A DNA stretch of 63,068 nucleotides, filler included, from Craspedostauros australis (taxonomy: Eukaryota): the NCBI GenBank assembly GCA_030167865.1. It is 9 parts of 9 records of this genome, joined end to end, with 100 filler letters (N's around TTAATTAATTAA, not from the genome) between each part and the next. Parts side by side here need not be neighbours in the genome. Positions count along the whole stretch, not along the records: positions 1 to 25,662 come from JALAGF010005436.1; 8 more parts are not named here. One strand, 5' to 3'. The notes under the pieces were generated by a model. The model did not search any database. It saw only the letters and a list, made by a program, of their open reading frames with translations, and had not been told where the DNA came from. The position numbers and the translations under genes are program-made. Positions 9,843 through 21,468 of the stretch are shown here, piece after piece (the stretch's first letter is position 1; the number at the start of each line of letters is the position of its first letter).

Positions 9843-12119
9843 CTATCTTCCTGGCGGTGGCGCACGCTGCAGCTTGTCCTTCTGATGCTTCAGCAGCTGA
9901 TTGAGCATGTTCCCCGAATCCTTGCGGTACGTGTCACGTGATCCAGGCGGGACGCTCATGCGATATTGCAGTTCTTCCGTCGTCAAGCTTTCCGACAGCT
10001 CGAGCAGAGTGCCCAGGACGGTGGAGATGTGATTGGGCGCCACCTTATCTGGGCGCATGGTGAAGTAGTACCATTCTCCGGTTTCCGGATCGAATCCCAC
10101 CTCGGCGATGCGTGCCTTGGGGGCTTGGAAATGGTCGGCTTCCAACCGAAAGCGTTCGCCCTTGGGCAAGGATACGTAGCGCGTCATGTCGACCATGGAC
10201 CCTTCGTCTCCCACGACGCCCACGCGCAACGTGTCTTCAGCGTGGTGATGCAACAACGGCATGAGCTCTACGTCGATCGTAACCGTGTCGAGGTATTTCC
10301 ATTTGAGGAGGTGATGATCCGTGCCGCAGATGTAGGGCAAGTTTGGCTGGAAGATGATGCCATCCGTGAGGTGATTGTGCACGTTGCCCTTGCGGAAGGA
10401 TCTGAGTCCCTTCTCCTCGATGACATTTTCAAGCAGCGCGGAGATTTGCGTTCGCGTGACGAAGTTCTTGCGCACCAGCGGCAGCGGTATCTTTGGATCC
10501 ATCACGGCAGAATCCGCGAACATATCTCGTTTTGCCGTCGGCGTGCGGAAGGATGCCTGCCGCAGATGCGCCAGACGTTGCTTGAATGGGAGCTGGAGGA
10601 TGGGCGTTGTGCAGTTGAGGCAGAGCACGTCGAAGACGATGAAGATCGGACGTGGCGGGACCTTGTGCTTTGGATTGCCTCGGAACATGACGACTTCACC
10701 GTCCAGGACCGTGCCGGGTTGGATGAGGGGGATGACGGATGCCATGGGTTCCTCGCCCTTGACCGGCTTCGTCTGCTTGCCGCGCATGGCGCGATCGACC
10801 AGGACCACCGTCTTGCCAGTGAAGACCATGAAATGACGCACGCCGTCGGTCTTCTCGCTGAGGTAGTAGCCGTCGGAGGGCGCGTTCTGGATCTCCTCTA
10901 TGTTGTGACGGGAGAAGCTGACGGGCATGCAGCCACCGAACTTCATGTTGGTGAGCGACGGGGACGGCATTTCATCTGGCGTGGCGATGGGACTGCGGAA
11001 GTGTCCGTTGCCACCAGCGTCCATGAACTTCTTGAGGGCGCCGCATGTCGCCAACGCCAACTGCGTGGCCTTCTTGTCTGAATGGTCCACGAGATACTCC
11101 TCGACGTCCACCGTGTCCTCCATGGGATTGATCTGCTGCAGGATCCACCATAGCTGCAGGGCGTAGCTCTTGGTGAGGTTGGCGATCTTGTTTGGATCCG
11201 TCTCGTTGACGAGGTTGAGCATGGCCCAGGGTCTGAGTTCGTACTCGAGTTCGTAGGCCACGGCCTTGTTCTGGGGGTTGTCCTTGGGCACCGTGGTGAC
11301 CTCAGTGACGTCGATCTGCCAAGCCATGTTCTTGTCCTTGCGGTAGTACGAGCGCCTGCGCTTGATGCGCTGCTGGGTCCAGCCGTTGGGGACGGAGCGG
11401 ACGTTTGGATCCACCTGTATTTCTGAGGCCAGGCTGATGCGCAGGTCGTACTTGGCGGCCGGCAGGGTCCAGTCGACGCCCAGGAGCTTCTCCTTGTACT
11501 CCATGGTGCCCGGTCTGGGCAGGGCCTTTGCCTGCGACGCATCCACGAGGCCGGGCACGGAGATGCGTCGCTCTCCCGAGAATCCGCTGAAGACGGTCTC
11601 GATGAGCTCCGCCTCATGCAGCTCGTTGCGGATCTTGGGCACGTCGCTGGGCTTCTTGACGACGACGCTGAGCGCGGTGGAGATGGGGGAGACCTGGCTG
11701 AGGCCGGCCATGGTCCAATGCACGTGATGCGAGCGGGAGATGCCGGACGACATGCTGTGGCGCATGTTGGTGCAGTCGAAGGCCTGCACGATGCCGCTGT
11801 GTCCTGCGACGTGCTTGGCTCCGGAGGGCGCCACGCGGCGCTGGTTGAGGTTGAGGACGCCCAGACGGCCTTCGATCTCGCAGAAGGGCTTTTGGATGGG
11901 GAACGCCTTGTCGCCCTTCTCTGCGTACTTGCGAGCCGACGTGCGTGCCTGCGTGAGGAGGATGCGCAAGCCCTCGCCCGGGTTGGGAATGGGCTTGGAC
12001 AGGAAGGGATTGGCGTTGGCCGCGCTCGCACGAGCACGTGATTGCGTCGCCATCTTGGCATCCGTCTTGGACTTTTTGCTCAGCAGCCCTCCCAGGGCGC
12101 CGCCACCGCGTTTCGACAT
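9843..12119 (-). CDS. Bifunctional mRNA capping enzyme: CYTH/TTM (Cet1-type) RNA triphosphatase fused to guanylyltransferase + OB domain
   Basis: N half has the tunnel-metalloenzyme strands EIEGRLG, YDLRISLASE, RIKRRRSY, WQIDVTEV, YELEYEL. C half has GTase motifs FGGCMPVSF, EKTDGVR (motif I), TVLDGE (III), FIVFD (IIIa), DGIIF (IV), LLKWK (V), RPDK..PN (VI). ATG (MSKR) at 12119. Confidence 0.92.
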   Translation of the reverse strand: MSKRGGGALGGLLSKKSKTDAKMATQSRARASAANANPFLSKPIPNPGEGLRILLTQARTSARKYAEKGDKAFPIQKPFCEIEGRLGVLNLNQRRVAPSGAKHVAGHSGIVQAFDCTNMRHSMSSGISRSHHVHWTMAGLSQVSPISTALSVVVKKPSDVPKIRNELHEAELIETVFSGFSGERRISVPGLVDASQAKALPRPGTMEYKEKLLGVDWTLPAAKYDLRISLASEIQVDPNVRSVPNGWTQQRIKRRRSYYRKDKNMAWQIDVTEVTTVPKDNPQNKAVAYELEYELRPWAMLNLVNETDPNKIANLTKSYALQLWWILQQINPMEDTVDVEEYLVDHSDKKATQLALATCGALKKFMDAGGNGHFRSPIATPDEMPSPSLTNMKFGGCMPVSFSRHNIEEIQNAPSDGYYLSEKTDGVRHFMVFTGKTVVLVDRAMRGKQTKPVKGEEPMASVIPLIQPGTVLDGEVVMFRGNPKHKVPPRPIFIVFDVLCLNCTTPILQLPFKQRLAHLRQASFRTPTAKRDMFADSAVMDPKIPLPLVRKNFVTRTQISALLENVIEEKGLRSFRKGNVHNHLTDGIIFQPNLPYICGTDHHLLKWKYLDTVTIDVELMPLLHHHAEDTLRVGVVGDEGSMVDMTRYVSLPKGERFRLEADHFQAPKARIAEVGFDPETGEWYYFTMRPDKVAPNHISTVLGTLLELSESLTTEELQYRMSVPPGSRDTYRKDSGNMLNQLLKHQKDKLQRAPPPGR

Positions 12120-12619
12120 TGTGTTGTGTGTTGTGTGTGGTAGGGTATGGGTATGGGTATGGATACGAGTATGGATACGAGTATGGGTAGAGTAGAGTAG
12201 GATGTGGTGGGGATGAATTGGATGGTTGTGCACATGCACAAATATAGAATAATAGAATACGAGTAGAATAGAATACTATTATTGATGGGCAGGTGTGGGC
12301 TCTTTGAGGAATATTACTACTGCTGCGACCTCCCAGAGTGTGCGGGAGATTGGTTGTCTCTGTTGGTTGGAGACGGAAGATCTCGCGAACGTGAGAGAAG
12401 GAGGGAGCGAAGTTCTGTTTCGCGAAAGATAGCAACGTTGTTGACTCGTTCGATTCGTGCGGCGGAGGTCGTCCAAAACAAAAACACAGACTCCGGCCAT
12501 AATCCATCATTAGAACCATCTGCATACCTCATCACATCATAGTCGTACACATCATAGTAGTACACAGCATACGCCTACGTTTCGATAAAATCAAAGACAC
12601 AGCAAAGAAGGAAGATGGC

Positions 12620-14322
12620 ATGATGACAACTAACGAAGGGGACAAGCAGAATGACAAGGATGACGATACAGCAAATGCAACATCACATGGATCTGCCAAG
12701 ACAGATGACGAAAGCAAGCAAGAGAAGGACAATCTAGCGGAGAAGAAGGCAGAAGCCGGCGACGGTGACAAGGATGAAAGCAATGAAAAAGGCGACGAAT
12801 CGACGCCATCATCGTCACCAATGGAAGAAGAAGAAGAAGAAGAGAAGCAAGCTACCACCAGAGCATCGGAACAAACGAACAGAGACAAGCCCGAAGCCTC
12901 GAACAGGACAGCTGTGGACGATGGCGAAGCCACAACGAAAGAAGGCAAAGCACGAGATGCAGCTGAGAAGACCACAACAGCATCGACGGCGATGACGGCA
13001 GCGACGACGGCAGCCGATGGGAATAAAGATGAAGATGATGGCATCAAGACGGAACCCAAAGGCCCATACGAGAAACTGCGATGGACGATTGTGGAGAATG
13101 ATGGCACCCCGCGCAACCTCATCAAGCTGGTGGCATTGAAGACCCTCTTCTCACGCCAGCTGCCCAAGATGCCTCGCACCTACATCGCTCGTCTGGTCTT
13201 TGATCGACGCCACACTTCATTGGCGATCCTCAGCGACGATCCATCGCTCAAGGGTACGGACGACGAGGTCATCGGGGCGATTTGCTTCCGTGCCTTCAAC
13301 GAGATGCGGTTCGCGGAGATTGCATTCTGCGCAGTCAATGCTTCGCATCAGGTCAAGGTACGTGGTCATTTCGGTCCTCGTCGTTGCTACTTGCATTGCT
13401 GTTCATTGTGCCTACTGCCGCCCTCACACTTAAAGGACGCGTCGGTGCACCAACAGCCAATGAAATGCTCACGGCACCTCATTCATTCCCTGACTCACTC
13501 ACGACATGCATCTCTCAATGCTTGCACCATGCACCTACGTATGCGCAGGGATATGGAACCAAGCTGATGAACTTGCTGAAGAACGAAGCCATCGTTCGTG
13601 GCATCGAGTACTTCATCACGTACGCGGACAACTACGCCATTGGGTACTTCAAGAAGCAGGGCTTCACCAAGGCAATCGCCATGCCCAAGAGCCGGTACAC
13701 GGGCCTCATCAAGGACTACGACGGCGGCACGATGATGGAATGCTACGTGCATCCGTCCATCGATTACACCCGCGTGCCGGAAATGATCGCGGCGCAACGC
13801 AAATTCATCATCGATCGCATTCGACTGCGCGCCAATTCGCACAAGGTGTACCCGCCGCTTCCCAAGGACTTCCAACCGCGCTTGGACGGATCGTCCCGCG
13901 GCAACGAATCCGCCGCGCTCGCCATGGCGATCCCCGGCATGGCGGAGGCCGGTTGGACCCTGCAGGATCTGGTCTCATCGACAGGCCAAGGCAAGGAGGC
14001 CGATCGGGCCAAGAATGCGCTGAAGAGCGAGCTGCTGGCGGTGATCCGCAAGATCGACGAGCAGCAATTCGCGTGGCCCTTCCGGCAGCCCGTCGATACG
14101 ACGGAGGTGAAGGATTACCTGGAGGTAGTGAAAACTCCCATGGACCTGTCGACGATCGAAAAGATGATCCGCAAAGGCGACCACTACAAGTCCAAGCAGA
14201 TGCTGTACGCCGATCTGATGCTGATGGTGAACAACTGCAAGCTGTACAACGACGAGAAGAGCACCTACGTGTCCTGCGCGATGAGTTTGGAGAAGTTCAT
14301 CATGCCCTTATCCTTGAAGTAG
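12620..14322 (+). CDS. GCN5: Histone acetyltransferase GCN5 (GNAT + bromodomain); exons 12620-13357 and 13549-14322
   Basis: Motifs FSRQLPKMPRTYIARLVFD and FAEIAFCAV. Removing GT..AG intron 13358-13548 restores QVKGYGT. Also TYADNYAIGYFKKQGF, IKDYDGGTMMEC and a C-terminal bromodomain (AWPFRQPVD..DY..VVKTPMDL..NCKLYN). Confidence 0.96.
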
Positions 14323-15221
14323 TGCTTGGCGGTGGCGGTGGCGGTGGCCGATTGGGTTGAATGGTGTTGGTGTTGGTGTTGGCGATGGTGATGTTGATGA
14401 TCGCATCCAGTCGCGCAGAATCTACAAACAAATGAGTAGTCGGAGAGTACTAAGAAGCGAGTGATAGTAGTCGTACGATACCAAGGGAATAATACGGATA
14501 CTAATACGATTAGATTAGAGTAGAGTAGAGTAGAGCAGGGTAGCGTAGTGTAGCCGCGCTCAACGATTGTCCACATCTCAATTTTCTGGACAGCACCGCG
14601 TGGCGAAGAACAGCAACTGGGCACATCGCGCACCTCGCGCGCACCGTGGAGGAAAGGCATTGGACATGTGTGGTAACGCCAAAGCTGCCGAACAGCCGAA
14701 CTGGCGAATGACAAAAAGATTTGGCTCACAGCCACCAAAGACAACGCAACAAGAGCCGCCCGCGTGCGTCTGTCCGTGTTGACGCAACAACAGTTTTCAA
14801 ACGAGCACGTGGCGACGTACCTGTACGACTGCCAGTACAAGCCACAAGAAGTGGAGGTACCCACAGTACCACCAAAGACACACAACACACGCAACAGACA
14901 AACGATCACACCACAACTCTCCTTCCGGCTCATCCCACTCGCATCCTTCCACCTTTGGACACCCAGATACGCAGATACGCAGATACGCAGATACAAGACA
15001 TATTATATAATATTAGTAGAATATAATATAGTAGAAGCCACTGGGAGACGAGAGGGAGGCGATCTCTCCACTGGCAACCCAGGCTCATCCCGATCCATCG
15101 CATCCATCCTCTGAGTTGGCACATTCATTTTCTCCCTCCACAGTCTCACCAATTCTTCGCTGCTCTTCATCCAGCTTCATTTCTACTCGCAGACAGCCAT
15201 CACCACACAGCACAGCACAAC

Positions 15222-17913
15222 ATGGTGATCACCAAAGAGACAACGAGGAGAATGGCGCGCCTGCTGAGTGCCCCAACAGACCGAAGAGCGCATTCCATTT
15301 GGTCAGCCTTCGCCTCTCATCATTCGCCGTTGGCGTCACCACCACAGAACACCAGCAATCCCATGGCGCTGTCCCAGGGTCGATCATGCAAACAATACAT
15401 GCAGGTTCACAGAATGCAGCGTCCCCGCGTGGCCGCGAGATCCATGTCCGCAGAACCCTCAGAGTCATCCGACGCTGCCGCAAAGAATGAGGACCGAACG
15501 AGATTCATGGATTCGGTCGTCACCAAAGAAGATGTGCAACAGGAAGCGAAGAAACAGGGTCGATTGTCTGATGTGAGTTCCTTGTCAGCCACCCCATTCG
15601 CTGTTGGCTCTGATCCTTATGTTTGCATTGTTCACACTTCGAGTTCACACTTCGAGTTCACACTCCAAGTTGCGCAGGAGAAGAATGATCCGTCATTTGC
15701 CTTCGAGGAGCATGGTGCGCAAATGACAACGACAACAACGACAACAACAAAAAGAAATGAGGGAAAGAAAGGAAGAAAAGTCATGGCTGCCGTGGAGCAT
15801 TGTCCTCATGGAACTGATGCCAACTGCATTCTAATCGGCAGCATACTCCATGACTTTGCATCAACATGAGACTCTTGTCGCTGCACGGAATCGTTCCATC
15901 CCTCACATCATTCATTGCATTCCGCAAATACCTTCATTGTCATTGCATCAACACGCAACGCATCACATTCAACACTCACCAACGCAATGAAACGTAACAC
16001 AACGTACCCACACGCAACAACCTGGACAGGTCCGGATTTCGGATGTCCTCAAAGCAAAGCATGAATTCAGGTGGGTCGATCCTGTGGTGCAGCGGGATGC
16101 CACCCTCCAAGAAGTCATTCCCACCGTCATCGATGGCGGCTTGTCGGGCATGATGGTCGTGGAAGAGTCAGCGGAGATCACCCAGGGAGCGCTCGAGCCA
16201 CCCAGGAAATCACGCAAGGTCGTGGGATTGCTCACATCACGTGACCTCCTGCGGATCCTCGCATCCGGAATCAAGGACGGTGAAAACCTCAATCACATCT
16301 TCTCGACCCCCGTCTCCTCCCTCATGACGCCCATATCGCAGGTCGTCTACGGCAGACCGGAGGAAACTATCGGCGTTTGCAGAACCATCATGGCGAAGCT
16401 CGGTATCAAATGCCTCCCCATCCTCAGCAAGAAGGGCGAGGTCGAGGGTCTCATCACGGCGCGGGACATGTCCGACTACGGTCTCAGCGCCACCGACAAG
16501 GGAGGCAAGAAATCATACCTCCGCAATGTCTCCGAGCGCGTTGGTCTCTCCAGCAACACCAGCATGGCAGATCCGCCGACCTACCTTCAGGCGCATCTGG
16601 GCATGGAGCAATCACCCCTCTTCGTCAATATGGCCGTCCACGAATTGCCGCATCCATTCAAGTCCAATGATGGTGTCGGCGCCAATCGTCGCGGTAAGTT
16701 CGTCGTCTCCAGTTCCGGCTGTTTTGTGTTCATTTACTACTATTGCACGTCTTATGCAATTGATACAACAGCGTGCCTATTTCCATCGACGCACATCTCT
16801 TAGTTTGCACCCAGCCATGTCCATCCTCACACACCATGCCCATCATCATTCACATACATGCACGATCCAACCGATTATGATCCTTTTTTTGCAGACTTCG
16901 GCCCCAACGAGCACACCGACGACGCAGAATTTTCAGAGGATGCAAATTTCATCACCACCGTGCGGCTGCCGGACGAGAAGGACGGGACGCTGCGTGAAAT
17001 GACGTACTGCGGCGTTGCGGACGGAGTGGGAAGCTGGAGAGAGTACGACGTGGATCCCAGAGAATTCTCTCACAGGCTCATGGAGGAATGCGCCAGCATC
17101 GTCGAGGAGGCAAGTCCGGATCACACCACCTCTGCCACCACCGACCGGAGGCTGGGGAGGGTCGTCGCACCGTCGCAGGTCCTTGCACAGGCCTACGAGC
17201 GGGTCAAGGCGGCAAACGTCATTGGCTCCAGCACCGCTTGCGTCGCCCTCTTCGACAACACCCGCCATCAGCTGCACTTCTCCAACCTCGGCGATTCCGG
17301 CATCATCGTGCTGCGACACATCGATTCGGACGTCGCCGGAGCGCTCAAACGCGACAAGCGAACGCCGCGCACGGAACGCAAAACGGATCTCCGCGTCGCC
17401 TTCGTCTCCCAGCAGCAGCTCCGATCCTTCAATCATCCCTACCAGCTCGGATGGACCGGCAAGGAAATCGGTGAAGACGAGGACACCAGCTTCCGGTCGG
17501 CCAAGGAGTCGTGCAACAGCTCCATCCACGTCCGAAGAGGCGACATCATCATCATGGCGACGGACGGACTGTTCGACAACATCGACACGGATGACATTGC
17601 GACGATCGCCCTCGAATGGGAGCAGCAGAATGGCTTCATCCGCGGTGGCGACGTTGCGGCGCGTCAACGACGATGGCAGATGGGCAATTCCCTCACAGTG
17701 CTGTCGTCCGAACGGATAGACGATTTGGCGCAGAGGCTCTCGCAACGTGCCAGGGAGAACAGCCTCGACACCAGCATCGATTCGCCCTTTGCCATCCTCG
17801 CCAAGGAGAATGACATCATGTGGAGTGGCGGTATGCCCGATGATTGCACCGTCATTGCGATGCACGTGGTGGGACGCTCTGCGAAGGATCTCATGGACAA
17901 GGATCACCAGTAG
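15222..17913 (+). CDS. CBS-domain pair fused to PTC7-type PP2C phosphatase; exons 15222-15572, 16030-16693, 16895-17913
   Basis: Introns 15573-16029 (GTGAGT..CAG, phase 0) and 16694-16894 (GTAAGT..TTTGCAG, phase 1) join three ORFs in frame. CBS motifs VVGLLTSRDLL and IKCLPIL..VEGLITARD. PTC7 motifs LPHPFK, EDANF, GVADGVGSW, GSSTAC, NLGDSG, FNHPYQLG, MATDGLFDN, GGMPDDCTV. R/S-rich N-terminus. Confidence 0.88.
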
Positions 17914-18199
17914 CACACACGCGGTTTCTTTCGGTCTGAATTATTGTATTCTACGTTGCTGAACTCATTGAGTTCATTGAGCGACTGATTGCCTCCCGAG
18001 TTAGAGTGCTTCACTGCCGCAGCATACCAATACGATCTGAGAATATTGAATCTCCCCACAACATAAAGGAGCATTCGACTATTATACTCCACGGTATTAG
18101 CACTTCTATTTCCAGACATGCTCGTGCACACACATACGCTTGTAGAAGTACTCATAGCTGCCGCTTCCCTGATCGACGAGCCACACTGTGCATTCACTT

Positions 18200-21100
18200 T
18201 CAATCCAACGACATCACAGGAATCTTCCCCTTGTCCAGCATTTGCTTCAACGCCGGAAAGTTGTGTTTGTCCATTCCCCGACCGAATGTCAACACCATCG
18301 ATCGCCCATTGTGCTGGCTGAGGATCCGGAGGACGGTGTGCAACGTCGCATGCTGCATGATCTCGTGCTGGATGGCCACAATTTGATCCCCATACTTGAG
18401 GACACCCGATTGATGACACTTCCCACCCGGGAGGATTTCCGTAACGAAGACGCAAAAGTCACCTTTTTGCGACAATCGCAACCCTGCTGGCATGGTGGTT
18501 GCGATCGAGAAGTATCCGCTGTCGGCGCATGCTTGCGAGTTGTTAGCCGGCGTGGATTCGCGTATGGTGGGCGCTGCGCGTTGCGGTGATTGCACGAGAC
18601 CAGAGCTTTCAACGGCAGACGTCATGAGACTTCTCAGATGGTTGCTATCAGGTATCCACCCACGAAAGACCACGAGGTGAACGCTGGTGCGTCGATTGTC
18701 TTTGTGGTACGAGTTCAAGAGACGGAAAAAGCCTGCTGAAGTGCAGGCTCCAAGGATCCTGTCATGAACTCTGATGAGGGTGTCCCCAACTTGGAGTATT
18801 TCGTACCTGCTCAAACTCAAGCTCAAACTTGCATTACCATTTTCAACTGATGGCAGCGCAGCAATCGTCAGTCCGAAGAAGTTCCCATTGTTCTTCACCT
18901 TGAATCCATATGGTACAGGCAATGTGATGTCGACGGCAATGAAACCAACCGTCGTGTGGCCAGAGATATTGGAACGAGGGGTTCGGGGTTCGCCGCTGCC
19001 ATCTCTCCTTGAGCGACCTTCATGCACTACCATCTCTGTTCGGGCGACTCCCGCTCCTTGCGTGCGCTGGGGTTCCACACGATATTGCTGCATTTGAGGT
19101 GATTGCGGATTGGAAGGACTTGCTGATGGCTCGTCGTCCATGATTTCAATGACTTCAGGCTCTCTTCGTCGGTGGCTCGCACCTGCATTTGTGGGTGCAG
19201 AGTTGTGTCTGTTCCTTGGCACTGGCGTTGTTGGAACAACTGCCTGTGACGTCGATTGGAACTGTGAGAGGTTCCTGGCGTTGCGCATCGCGTATTGGGC
19301 CGCCTTCTGCTGCATCAAGACGTGTCTGTCGAGTGTTCTGGATCGGCGCTTAAAGGTGAACCTCGCGAATGGATCCTGAAGCGAGTCGAGGTAGATTTTC
19401 AATTGCGGCAACGAGAGCACGGTGGTGTCAACTGCGTTCACACCCACCAGTATATCGAGCGGCCTGAGCTGACCAGTCTGCCCCGCGAATCCTGCAGGAT
19501 CGATATCATGGACGTAGATCCCAACCTCTGGATGGGGGAAGAACTTGAATGTAACTCCGATTGGTAGCCAGATCCAGAGGGCAAACTTAACCGTCGCACC
19601 AGTCAACGTCGTTTGTGCCTGCGTCTGCGTCTGCATCTGCGCCTGTATCCGGGATTTCTGCGACCGCTGCTGGGGTGTGAGGATGGAATGCGCCTCCTTG
19701 TATCGATTAGCCGATACGGCTGCTGCAGTGTATTTTGCATAATCTGCGGCCGTTTTGTTTTTCTTCCTGGTTGGTGGACTAGCCGATACGGCTGCTGCAG
19801 TGTCTTTTGCGTAATCTGCGGCAGTTTTGTTTTTCTTCCTGGTTGGTGCGTCGAACTCCTTCGGAGGTTTGACGATTTCCGTGTGGATCACTCCTTTGCG
19901 TGCCACACCCTCCAGCTCCGTCACCAAGCTTTCTGCGCCCCCTTGTGTCACCTCCCTGGGTGATCGCATCAATTCTGGAAATCCCCGTTCCAGCGCTCGT
20001 CGAACATAGCTCGCGCATTCCTTCGCTTCCAATTCATACAACTCCGACGTCGTTCGTTGCACTCGGATGAATACGCGCTTTGGTTGCATCCGGCGGTTAC
20101 GAAGAATGTTTTGGATCAACATTTCCTGTTCGAACAAAGACGACAGCTCGGCATAGGTGATCCGATGAGATGATACAAGTCTGCGGAATCTGCGGTTCCC
20201 TTCATGATTGTGACTGCAGAACTCACAATCAGTCACAACGTGGTTGTTGTCGAGTTTGAGCTCCGCCACGTGGTTGCAATGGGTCTTTCGTGGTTTGAAA
20301 GTGCCTGCATGAGAAAGCGGAAGGAGAAGGAAGGGTTGCGACACAATCCAGGAAGACGGTTGTGAGATGAAGTTGAAGATGCGTCACGCAAAACAAATGC
20401 AGATTGTCGCAAATTTGGAGACCTCAACGTGCAGTATACTCGTTTTTGTAGGGCAGTGGAAATCTCACCTGGAACTTCCAGCTTATATAATCCCTGTTCT
20501 GTCTGTGGCATATGCGTGATCTGTATCATCTCGTCGAGGGTTATTGACCTGTACGCGTCCGCGCTGAAATCGATGGCCACCCCACGTTGATACATGTCAT
20601 CAATCTCCTTGGAGCGGGGACGCTTCGACAAGGACCTCCTCCGTGATTCATTGCTCTTCCCCTCGCTGCTTCGTCTTTTCCGGCTGCTGCTGTTTGTTGT
20701 TGCGGATGTTGTTGCGGATGTTGAGGACGAAGACACCGGCGCAAAAACTTCTTCGAAATACGCAATCCAAAAGGCGAAGACAGCAGAAATGGTCTGGAGC
20801 GAGCTTTCGTCTTCTGCCCAGGGATGCAGCATTGTTTGTGACGCCTTTTGCTTTTGCAGATTGCCAGCATGAGAGCATTCCCGCAGGTGCGAGAGGAGGT
20901 TGGAAGCAATGTTACTGACCCGTTGCGCTTCTCCCAATCTGTCCGTGTGGGGTATCGAAAGCAAGTGGTGTCTGTGCTTCGATTTGCAACGTGTGCATTG
21001 AATGGAGACGAACAAGTGCGCACCGCTGGAATCATCATCCAATCGCATCGGCCTGTCTGTGCTTGGTATCCATCGTTGCGATTCGTTCGTGACGACAACG

Positions 21101-21468
21101 TCGAGGTTCTGGAGGAACAGCTCCAACGCAATCGACTCCATGCGATCGTCATGCGGCAGGTCGACACATCGGATGGTGAGCTGTCCACCCCTCCGATTCA
21201 GCTTGTGGATGAGTTGCAATGCTTGAAACCATTCCCGCGAGGTGGATTCCTCCCAATGGTCAAAGTCTTTCTTCGATAGCGTGCAGGAAGAGACAGCAGG
21301 CAGAGATCGCTTGCTGCCAGCATGCCTTTGCCGCGCTTCTGTCCACAACTCGTTTGCACTGTATTGCCCGTTTGAATTGGCAAGCCAAGATTCCTGCATG
21401 TAGTTGAGCCATCCTGAGTTCAGAAGGCGCTGGGCAGCCAATTGACTGTGGTTGCGTTGCGCATCCAT
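18200..21468 (-). CDS. Multidomain protein: Cys/His module, DUF6824-like domain and three PDZ-like domains; exons 21468-20469 and 20304-18200
   Basis: Minus-strand intron 20305-20468 (GTGAG..GCAG, phase 1) fuses the two ORFs in frame (EVPG-TFKP). NHEGNRRFRRLVSSHRITY resembles DUF6824. PDZ-like segments GIYVHDIDPAGFAGQTGQLRPLDILVGVN, ILQVGDTLIRVH and VFVTEILPGGKCHQSGVLKYGDQIVAI. Confidence 0.72.
19708..19848 (-). repeat. 72-bp in-frame tandem duplication (PTRKKNKTAADYAK.TAAAVSA x2)
   Basis: tagccgatacggctgctgcagtg occurs at 19708 and 19780. Confidence 0.9.

Noticed and set aside
9966..12525. Long overlapping or antisense ORFs (371, 372 and 303 aa) over the capping gene, and similar ones over other genes and TEs
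   Set aside because: Shadow ORFs produced by high GC3 codon bias; no recognisable motifs.
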